Origin: Patescibacteria group bacterium
GTDB taxonomy: Bacteria > Patescibacteriota > Microgenomatia > Curtissbacterales > GWA2-41-24
NCBI GenBank assembly: GCA_038063735.1
Contig: JBBTUN010000012.1
Span: 1,595-65,594, forward strand
DNA length: 64,000 nucleotides
Direction: 5' to 3'
Under the pieces are notes generated by a model, which was not told the DNA's origin, searched no databases, and saw nothing but the letters and a program-made list of their open reading frames with translations. Of this stretch, positions 57,308-64,000 are shown in pieces (within the stretch, counting starts at the first letter, position 1; each line of letters begins with the position of its first letter). The position numbers and the translations under genes are program-made.

Positions 57308-58135
57308 ATGAACCCAAAAATCGCTTTCTTTGGTACACCCAAAATAGCGGCGCAGGTATTAGAAAAGCTTGCCAAATCTCCCCATAAACCTCATCTTGTT
57401 ATTACAGGCCAAGATCAACATTTAGGCCGAAGCCTGGCTTTGAAAGCTAGTGCGGTTAAGTTAGTTGCCGAAAAACATAACATTGCAATTTCCTATAAGA
57501 TGTCTGACATCAACAAGAGCTTCGATCTCGCAATCCTAGTTGCATACGGACATATTATCCCCGACAGTGTACTTAGAAAACCCAAATACGGATTCATAAA
57601 TGTTCATCCATCCCTCCTGCCAAAATACCGCGGCCCCTCTCCAATCATATCCGCAATTCTCGCCGGAGATAAAATAACCGGTTCAACTTTAATAATTCTT
57701 GATTCAGATCTGGACCACGGCCCAATAATTGCCCAAAAGGAACTTGCAATCGCAACTAATGACACTCACGATTCTCTTGCCGGCAAGCTTGCAGCTTTGG
57801 GGGCCCAACTTCTTATTAGAACTTTACCTGATTATCTACACCAAAATATTTCACCAAACGCACAAAACCACGACGAAGCCACTTACACCGAAAAAATTAC
57901 AAAAGCCAGTGGGAAAATAGACATTGATAATCCGCCGGAGAAAGTGATGCTAAATCGCATGATCCGCGCCTACTATCCCTGGCCAACCGTGTGGACAGAA
58001 GTCGACGGCAAAAGGTTCAAGCTGCTACCGGAGGGCAAAATCCAACCGGAGGGCAAAAAACCAATGACACTAAAAGAATTTTCAAATGGTTATAGACTAC
58101 TTGCAAACAAATTTAAAAATGTACTCGCAAACTAG
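57308..58135 (+). CDS. fmt: Methionyl-tRNA formyltransferase
   Basis: FFGTP, VAYG, INVHPSLLPKYRGPSP and D.GPI. Confidence 0.96.
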   Translation: MNPKIAFFGTPKIAAQVLEKLAKSPHKPHLVITGQDQHLGRSLALKASAVKLVAEKHNIAISYKMSDINKSFDLAILVAYGHIIPDSVLRKPKYGFINVHPSLLPKYRGPSPIISAILAGDKITGSTLIILDSDLDHGPIIAQKELAIATNDTHDSLAGKLAALGAQLLIRTLPDYLHQNISPNAQNHDEATYTEKITKASGKIDIDNPPEKVMLNRMIRAYYPWPTVWTEVDGKRFKLLPEGKIQPEGKKPMTLKEFSNGYRLLANKFKNVLAN

Positions 58136-58519
58136 ATGGACACCACCCCAAACGCAACCCCAACAAGATTTGTCAGGCTAATAATTGTAACCTTCGCTCT
58201 TGGCATCAACTTATTACTCTTCACCGACAAAGTTACAAGCTTAACGCTGGCAATTTTGCAAAAAGACTACATATTTATCGTAAAAAGCCTTATCTTTGGT
58301 CTGGTACCGTCAATACTTGTAATCCTGCTTGCTGTTAATTTAATTTGTAAGGGCAATAAGGCGCTAAACACTACTTTGATATTTCTCTTAACCATTTTTG
58401 TGCTTGCAGGAACAGTATTTTCCAATCCGTGTACAAACACCCATTACCCAAAAATCCTTGTAAACATTTTTACTTTTTTAATAGGGAACTCAAAAACTTT
58501 ATCGACTTGCTTCCCCTAA
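58136..58519 (+). CDS. Hypothetical membrane protein
   Basis: Three TM segments; starts immediately after the fmt stop. Confidence 0.55.
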   Translation: MDTTPNATPTRFVRLIIVTFALGINLLLFTDKVTSLTLAILQKDYIFIVKSLIFGLVPSILVILLAVNLICKGNKALNTTLIFLLTIFVLAGTVFSNPCTNTHYPKILVNIFTFLIGNSKTLSTCFP

Positions 58520-58870
58520 GCTTTTCGTGCTCAAGGCCTGAAGAACTTGCTGTCTCTCGACTTCTGTTGCATTTTTAGCGATATCGTCCATTAGGTAACC
58601 AAGCACCTCATCCGTCACCACTTCGATCTTTGCCCTGTACTCCTCATTTTCCATAAGCTCTTTCCAAAGAGCACCAAATTGCTCAGGTTCATTTTTCATA
58701 TTATCAATAGCCGTCGTAAGTCTTTGAGCAATAGACGGGTCAATTCCCCCCAATTCGTCAATTAGCCTCACATAATAATACTGGTAAAAAATCTCCAAAA
58801 ACTTTTCCCGTTTTTTTTCAGGAAAATTAACAGTTTCCAGTATTTTTGTTAAAAAATTCAGAAAGTTCAT
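58499..58870 (-). CDS. Hypothetical helical protein
   Basis: 123-aa ORF with ATGA overlap to the upstream gene. Confidence 0.65.
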   Translation of the reverse strand: MNFLNFLTKILETVNFPEKKREKFLEIFYQYYYVRLIDELGGIDPSIAQRLTTAIDNMKNEPEQFGALWKELMENEEYRAKIEVVTDEVLGYLMDDIAKNATEVERQQVLQALSTKSLGEASR

Positions 58871-59250
58871 GCAGCCAAATCGTCAGGTGTGCTCGTCTCT
58901 TGCTTCAAGTCAAATTGTCCCCTTTTCATCATTAGTTGGGCCCTATCCCACATCGTCTCATCTACTGGCTTTGCCCCATCAAGTCTTAAATTAGAAGCCA
59001 CTCGTCTTTCGTCGGCTTCGGTCCAGGCAGGTTGCTTCTCTGCTCTCCTCGCGCCCAGAAGACCCACGAGCTTGTCATACACCCGCGACCATAGCGATCG
59101 ATGAATCCTTGCCTCGGTAGCAGTTTTGGCCTTCTCTATAGCCTGCCGCGCAGCATCCGAATGATCTACACTTGGATTAAAACTTGGGTCAATACTGGAG
59201 GTAAAATCTTCACTATCACTTTCCTCAACGGGATCCTCAGCCATCATCAT
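58867..59250 (-). CDS. Hypothetical protein
   Basis: 127-aa acidic ORF downstream of rpmB. Confidence 0.55.
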   Translation of the reverse strand: MMMAEDPVEESDSEDFTSSIDPSFNPSVDHSDAARQAIEKAKTATEARIHRSLWSRVYDKLVGLLGARRAEKQPAWTEADERRVASNLRLDGAKPVDETMWDRAQLMMKRGQFDLKQETSTPDDLAA

Positions 59251-59280
59251 AAATATTATGATTTATAGGGCATTAAAAGT

Positions 59281-59550
59281 CTATACGGAAGCAACGGGTT
59301 GTGGTTCTGGCGTAGTTACCTCTTTGGTAGTTTTTACAATTTTTGCCATATCCGCCTTTACTTGCCTTAAACACTTTGTACACAACCTCATTGTTCGTCT
59401 TACCCCTTTATATGTAACTTGCGCGCTATGAAGATTTATATTCCAGGTTTTTCTCTTTTTCGTCGCACGCATAGCCCAGCCTCCACCATATTGGTGAGCC
59501 CCAGACTTTTGAATCATCGTTCCTCGCAAACATTTATCACAAACTCTCAT
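59281..59550 (-). CDS. rpmB: 50S ribosomal protein L28 (zinc-binding type)
   Basis: MRVCDKC..RKTWNINL..RLCTKCLR; GGAGG SD upstream. Confidence 0.88.
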   Translation of the reverse strand: MRVCDKCLRGTMIQKSGAHQYGGGWAMRATKKRKTWNINLHSAQVTYKGVRRTMRLCTKCLRQVKADMAKIVKTTKEVTTPEPQPVASV

Positions 59551-59662
59551 TTTAAAAAACCTCCAATTACAAATCATCCAAATCCCAATTTTGGGGTTTG
59601 GAATTTGGTCACTGGCCATTAAATTCTGCTAGAATATACCACAGGAACAAATCCCAAATCAA

Positions 59663-60376
59663 ATGAACCCATTAATTTTAATATTATTCGCGTTTCTTGT
59701 GCTTAGCCTTGTGCAAGGAGGACAGCCACCATTTCTAATAGCTGCACTAATTAACAATCCACTTGTCGGATTATTCATGATACTTGGAATAGTGATGGGC
59801 ATAGTTATACACGAATTTTCGCATGCACTTGTTGCATACCGCCTCGGAGACCCTACCGCAAAAATAGCCGGCCGTCTTAATCTCAACCCCGCTTCACACT
59901 TAGACCCACTCGGTACGGTCGCCCTTCTTTTCTTGGGCTTTGGTTGGGGCAAACCAACACCATTCGATCCCTATAACTTAAGGAACATTAAGCGGGATTC
60001 CGCACTTATTTCGGTAGCCGGCGCTGCAAGCAATTTCGCCGTTGCAATAACTCTGTCTCTTCCCTACTTGCTTGCTTACTACACTCACAACCTAAATATC
60101 ACCATAAACACCGTCTATGACTTCATTTACCCAATTGTTTTTTTTAACGTAATACTTGGGGTATTTAATCTTATACCGGTCTCCCCCCTGGACGGTTTTA
60201 AAGTACTTGGTGGCCTACTGCCCAGGCATTGGTACGAAGATTTTATGCAAATGGAACCGTACGGAATGTACCTATTAATTTTGCTGCTAATAACAGGGAC
60301 AATCGGAAGAATACTTTTGCCTATTGTATCAATAATTTTGGACGTTCTAATACCAGGCTTTTCCTCACCGTTTTAG
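59663..60376 (+). CDS. Site-2 protease (M50, YwhC-like)
   Basis: HEFSH..GDPTA..GRL.LNP..HLDP and FNLIPVSPLDG. Confidence 0.93.
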   Translation: MNPLILILFAFLVLSLVQGGQPPFLIAALINNPLVGLFMILGIVMGIVIHEFSHALVAYRLGDPTAKIAGRLNLNPASHLDPLGTVALLFLGFGWGKPTPFDPYNLRNIKRDSALISVAGAASNFAVAITLSLPYLLAYYTHNLNITINTVYDFIYPIVFFNVILGVFNLIPVSPLDGFKVLGGLLPRHWYEDFMQMEPYGMYLLILLLITGTIGRILLPIVSIILDVLIPGFSSPF

Positions 60377-60399
60377 CTTCAAATAACGCTTTTATTTAA

Positions 60400-60428
60400 T
60401 TGACAAAGTGAACTGTTATTGCTAACAT
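60400..60428 (+). promoter_or_regulatory. Sigma70 promoter of the ncRNA
   Basis: TTGACA-17 nt-TAACAT with an extended TGn. Confidence 0.75.
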
Positions 60429-60435
60429 GATACTA

Positions 60436-60620
60436 GTTCACAGGAAAACCCTACAGAGGTTGCACTTTAAAAGATTTAATTGCTCTTTGCTTACAAGATA
60501 GACTATCAAGGAGTTCCAAAATCTTATCTCTTGCTCTGCTGGAGGTAATGAGGATATCCACCTGATTTAGACCAAAGTAGCCAATTAAACCATGCGCCAT
60601 TTGTAGGGTGAAATTATCTA
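60436..60620 (+). ncRNA. Probable 6S RNA-like rod-shaped ncRNA
   Basis: ORF-free unit between a promoter and a terminator. The ends pair (ACCCTACAGA/TTTGTAGGGT, TTTAATTG/CAATTAAA, CTTTG/CAAAG). Confidence 0.55.
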
Positions 60621-60650
60621 AGCCACGCGAAAGTCGTGGCTCTTTTTTTT
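60621..60650 (+). terminator. Rho-independent terminator
   Basis: AGCCACG-CGAAAGT-CGTGGCT followed by C and T8. Confidence 0.85.
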
Positions 60651-60708
60651 GTCAAAAAAATAGACGGGCCGCCTGCCCATCCATTTACCCCCAACGATTA
60701 ACACTTAA

Positions 60709-61242
60709 CTATTTTGCGCCAACTATTACTTCAATATCCGCGCTGTCTGTCGATTCAAGATTATCACTGCTTGCTTTTGCGCTATATTTATCAGAAAGGT
60801 CATCAACTATTGCAGTCTCATAATCTTTTGTGGTGGTTCTGAATCTAACCTCAGTTGTTGCAAAATCGCTACTGTCGGCGTTTCCAATTGTTACCACTTT
60901 CCAGCCAAGGCCTTCCAGAAAATCTTTAACAGAAGCAGCCTTACCTGTTGTCCCGCTTCCATTTAAAACTCGCACCTTAACCACACTTTTATCTACGGCA
61001 CTAGCCTGAGGTGACGATTCTGTCAAAGGACTGGATTCAACAAATGGGCTGGAGGTTGGAGTCGGCGATACCTGTTTCGTAAAAGGACTTATAGAAGCAA
61101 ATGGCCCGATTCCCCGAAAGAATGCAAAGGCAATTGCCCCGATAATAATAAGGAATATCAAAAGCCAAAGCCACTTAGCGTTTTTTTCCTGTGACTCTTG
61201 ATAAATTGGTGTTGATGGAGCAGGAGTATTCTGATCGTCCAT
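60709..61242 (-). CDS. Membrane protein with LytR C-terminal domain
   Basis: TM, S/P linker, VRVLNGSGTTGKA..IGNA..DIEVIVG. Confidence 0.88.
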   Translation of the reverse strand: MDDQNTPAPSTPIYQESQEKNAKWLWLLIFLIIIGAIAFAFFRGIGPFASISPFTKQVSPTPTSSPFVESSPLTESSPQASAVDKSVVKVRVLNGSGTTGKAASVKDFLEGLGWKVVTIGNADSSDFATTEVRFRTTTKDYETAIVDDLSDKYSAKASSDNLESTDSADIEVIVGAK

Positions 61243-61320
61243 AAGAATGCTTTCCTAATTCGCTCAAATTGTATCAGATAATGTCAAGCCCCACAATAAT
61301 ATAAATAGTTTTCAATCCAA

Positions 61321-61349
61321 TTGGCAATTACAATCGTTTCGGGTAAAAT
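61321..61349 (+). promoter_or_regulatory. Sigma70 promoter of the tRNA locus
   Basis: TTGGCA-17 nt-TAAAAT, 11 nt before the outer tRNA 5' end. Confidence 0.7.
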
Positions 61350-61360
61350 GACTTGGCATT

Positions 61361-61544
61361 GCCGAGATAGCTCAGTGGTAGAGCAACTGTTTTGAGTTAC
61401 ACGTTTTTAATTTGCCGCCTTAGCTCAGTGGTAGAGCAACTGTTTTGTAAACAGTAGGTCGTCGGTCCGAATCCGACAGGCGGCTCCAACGCTAGCAAAT
61501 TAAAAAGAAACCGTAGGTCCGGAGTTCGACCCCCCGTCTCGGCT
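61361..61544 (+). tRNA. Outer interrupted tRNA-like gene (Thr-type body; 5' half 61361-61394, 3' half 61508-61544)
   Basis: Acceptor stem GCCGAGA/TCTCGGC is perfect and the D arm is GCTC/GAGC. The anticodon stem ACTGT/ACCGT and T stem CGGAG/CCCCG each have one mismatch; T loop is TTCGACC. About 113 nt is inserted in the anticodon loop. Confidence 0.7.
61414..61488 (+). tRNA. tRNA-Thr(UGU), complete with encoded CCA
   Basis: GCCGCCT/AGGCGGC acceptor stem, ACTGT-TTTGTAA-ACAGT anticodon arm, GTCGG-TCCGAAT-CCGAC T arm and TCCA end. Confidence 0.93.
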
Positions 61545-61585
61545 CTTTTTGACTCCCTTAGCCCTTTTGTATTACGCTAAAGCTA

Positions 61586-63034
61586 ATGCCTCCCGATTCA
61601 AACAACAGCCAGGACAACACAGCACCAGTCTCAACACCGCCAATAACTCCACCGCAACCAGCCACAGAAACACTCGCACCCCCAATCCAAACTCCCTCAA
61701 ACCAGCCAACCGTTCCCCAAACAAATGAGCCGGAAATTATTCACCCGCAAGAACCTCAAGCCCAAACAGGCGCAACCAACACACCCCCTCCAAGCCCTAA
61801 TCTAAAACCATCCCATACAATAAGGAATATATTTTTGTTTTTGATCATCTTCTCTTTCGCGTCATTTGGCAGCGGCATTGTCCTTGCATACAATAACTAT
61901 CCCCTCATAAAACCCCCAATCCCTATTCAAAACGCCCTGGACGCTGTAATTTCACTGGCCCCTGTGCCGAAACCAACAAGAATAATTTTGGAATCGACCA
62001 TAGCCAAAGCCGCAAAATTAAAAAGCGCAGATCAAAAGACAGAATTTTCCCTATCAACAAATTCCCAAAGCGCCCCAATCTCCGCCTTTAAGTTAACAGT
62101 TGCCGGGCCAATTGAATTTGGAGGTCAAGAGAAACAAATGGCAGAAGCAGATCTGGGACTTGAAGTTAAGTTTGAGGGAGCAGCATTTACGGGAAGCGCT
62201 TCCGTCAAGCAAATTGATAAAACAATTTATTTCAAGGTAAACGAGGTGCCTTTTGGCCAGTTCTATCAGCAACTTCTGGATTATAAAGGCAAGTGGTATT
62301 ACTACAACATTCCCCCAGACTATTTACCCAAAGAAGAGGACAAACAATCAAACGCTAAATTTACAAAAGTTATCTCCGATTTTATAGCCCAGTCTCACCA
62401 GTGGACAAAGGTAACCACCCAAGACGGCGATGCTTACACAATGGATATAACTCCTCCCAAAAACGAGCTTGACAAATTAATCTTTGACATTATCGACGCG
62501 TACGAACCAAAAGACCAGGATAAGGTGGTAACAGACTTAGATCGCGAAGAATTAAGTAAGGCCACAGACAAAATCAAAAACCTCAAGATTACGACCAAAG
62601 TAGGTAAAAAGGATTACTTCTTAAGACGCGTCGAGGTTTCCTTTGACGTAACAGTTGATAATTTTTCACTGCCCATTGGCAGGGATTCACTTATGCCAAA
62701 TAACCAGGTAACTTTTAACATCAACCTGACAACGGAGTTAACCAATCACAATAAAAAGGTGGTTATCATTCCACCAACAGACGCACAAAACATAGAAGAC
62801 ATCGCAAAAGAAATACAGAAAAAGTACGAAAACCAAATTCCCACACAAGAACTTTTACCCAACAACACACAAACCCAACCACCTGCAGAAAAAAACCAGG
62901 AAGCTTTTCCGGAACAAAATGAGCTGGACGACCCAAGCCTCAAAAGTTTGCTCTCCCCGGACGAGATTGTTCTGGGTCAAAAAACTAACTGGGAACAAAC
63001 AACCCTAAAATTATTCTCTTTACTCCTGAACTAA
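61586..63034 (+). CDS. Membrane-anchored hypothetical protein with Pro/Thr/Gln-rich N-terminus
   Basis: Low-complexity N-terminus, one TM, then a beta-rich extracellular domain (possibly LolA/LppX-like fold). Confidence 0.7.
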   Translation: MPPDSNNSQDNTAPVSTPPITPPQPATETLAPPIQTPSNQPTVPQTNEPEIIHPQEPQAQTGATNTPPPSPNLKPSHTIRNIFLFLIIFSFASFGSGIVLAYNNYPLIKPPIPIQNALDAVISLAPVPKPTRIILESTIAKAAKLKSADQKTEFSLSTNSQSAPISAFKLTVAGPIEFGGQEKQMAEADLGLEVKFEGAAFTGSASVKQIDKTIYFKVNEVPFGQFYQQLLDYKGKWYYYNIPPDYLPKEEDKQSNAKFTKVISDFIAQSHQWTKVTTQDGDAYTMDITPPKNELDKLIFDIIDAYEPKDQDKVVTDLDREELSKATDKIKNLKITTKVGKKDYFLRRVEVSFDVTVDNFSLPIGRDSLMPNNQVTFNINLTTELTNHNKKVVIIPPTDAQNIEDIAKEIQKKYENQIPTQELLPNNTQTQPPAEKNQEAFPEQNELDDPSLKSLLSPDEIVLGQKTNWEQTTLKLFSLLLN

Positions 63035-63036
63035 AA

Positions 63037-63357
63037 TTACTTCAAAAAAGTTTCGTAAGAAAAGAAACCAAAAATTACTAAAGCTCCAAGAAGAACCAGT
63101 GCTACTAGCACTAAAAGCAAGCGGTTAATTCCCTCAAGACTGGCTTTGTGAGGAATTGCAAAGGCAAGCACGCTAAATCCTGCAAAAACGATTACTGCGA
63201 TTAAACTTTTCCCAATCCAATGATGATAAAAAGTGTTTTTTAACCACCCCTTCAGAGGAGCCGCCAATTCGGCCACGATGGTAATTGCCACAACAAAGAC
63301 CACAGCCGCGATAGAACCTAAAATTATGCCTTCCGTCAATTTTAATTTTCCACTCAT
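63037..63357 (-). CDS. Small 3-TM membrane protein (HHWIGK motif)
   Basis: Hydrophobic ORF in an operon-like array. Confidence 0.7.
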   Translation of the reverse strand: MSGKLKLTEGIILGSIAAVVFVVAITIVAELAAPLKGWLKNTFYHHWIGKSLIAVIVFAGFSVLAFAIPHKASLEGINRLLLVLVALVLLGALVIFGFFSYETFLK

Positions 63358-63382
63358 AACTTTATCTTACAGATCCCAACTA

Positions 63383-63847
63383 CTAATGTTTGCCGACAAC
63401 TGAACCTGAAATCGCAAACCCACAAAGAGTGATAACTATGCCCAGCGTAACAATCGCAACACTAAGCAGGATTAAATTCATCCTGAGTTTCGCGTTTGTC
63501 ACCAGTTCCTTTGAGAAAAAATTTACTATAACAAGAACAACAAATGCCAAAAACGGCAGAAAAAGAAAGACGTGTTCTTTTGATTCCATCAGAATTTCAT
63601 GAACCCAGGGAGTCGTGCCCGCAAGTATTCCCCCTTTGATTGCCTTACCGTAATAGAATGAGTAATAGTAACCACCGGTAATCCAGGAACCCACAAATCC
63701 GAAAAAGCCTATAAAAGAGTATACTTTTAGTAAGCCCGTATTCAGCTTTTTCCCTCTAAGCAGAAGGGGCAAACCGGCAAATATAATAATTGCCGCTATC
63801 CCCAAAAATATATGCCAAACTAAAGCATTCAAAAAAAGTGGGTTCAT
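63383..63847 (-). CDS. 4-TM membrane protein with several His residues
   Basis: WHIFLG and PWVHEILMESKEHVF. Confidence 0.7.
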   Translation of the reverse strand: MNPLFLNALVWHIFLGIAAIIIFAGLPLLLRGKKLNTGLLKVYSFIGFFGFVGSWITGGYYYSFYYGKAIKGGILAGTTPWVHEILMESKEHVFLFLPFLAFVVLVIVNFFSKELVTNAKLRMNLILLSVAIVTLGIVITLCGFAISGSVVGKH

Positions 63848-63999
63848 TTATGTTTAGCGCTTGCTCTACTCTCCAAATACCTTAAAACAAAATAGGCAAC
63901 AATGGTTAAAATTGCATAAACCGAAATAATCGCGTAATAAGGGTACGGAATTTTTCTCCATATTCCCAGAATCATTGCCCCGTACCAGGAAACAATAGT
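63844..63999 (-). CDS. 3' end of a membrane protein (5'-partial)
   Basis: Frame TIVSWYGAMILGIWRKIPYPYY...KHK* is open to the window edge and has an ATGA overlap with the next gene. Confidence 0.6.
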   Translation of the reverse strand, partial: TIVSWYGAMILGIWRKIPYPYYAIISVYAILTIVAYFVLRYLESRASAKHK

Positions 64000-64000
64000 A

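Noticed and set aside
61395-61507. Group I/II intron in the outer tRNA
   Set aside because: Only about 38 nt remain once the inner tRNA is removed. There is no catalytic core, and U|...G| splice sites would not give a 7-nt anticodon loop.
61361-61544. Integration-site (attL/attR) tRNA duplication
   Set aside because: Both a 5' and a 3' half are present, they complement each other rather than copying the inner acceptor and T stems, and no integrase or island is adjacent.
62-63602. Numerous 60-190 aa ORFs antisense to or nested in identified genes
   Set aside because: They are shadow ORFs fully overlapping well-supported genes and have no motifs.
1-64000. CRISPR array
   Set aside because: There are no 25-40 bp repeats with unique regular spacers and no cas genes; the repeats seen are 7-9-mers or dispersed hairpins.

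Overview
This is a gene-dense bacterial chromosomal segment read with genetic code 11. Gene content and style point to a Patescibacteria/CPR organism, probably Microgenomates (inference from the PPIase-less trigger factor, short EF-Ts, tandem ThyX and dockerin surface proteins). Most genes are housekeeping: RND efflux, zwf/gnd/pgl, cysS, recR-ybaB, dnaX, ybeY, rpsU, tig, proS, rseP, frr, tsf, rpsB, thyX-tmk-dcd, topA, dprA, split purH, pbp2-mreB, glyA, folD, priA-def-fmt and rpmB. There is also a RelE/Phd toxin-antitoxin pair, a dockerin protein cluster and a probable 6S-like RNA. I found no CRISPR array, prophage or transposase. Four things stand out. (1) A complete tRNA-Thr(UGU) is nested inside the anticodon loop of a second, split tRNA-like gene and clamped by an inverted repeat. 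(2) A four-helix-bundle (23S-IVS/Avd-like) gene is bracketed by inverted 9-bp tandem arrays, and the same 9-mer appears as in-frame inserts in six other genes. (3) Several further families of 7-mer arrays and 24-33 bp hairpins are inserted in frame into essential genes, sometimes nested in one another. (4) Many genes have leaderless-type promoters. All calls come from reading the sequence and translations by eye; no database search was run.
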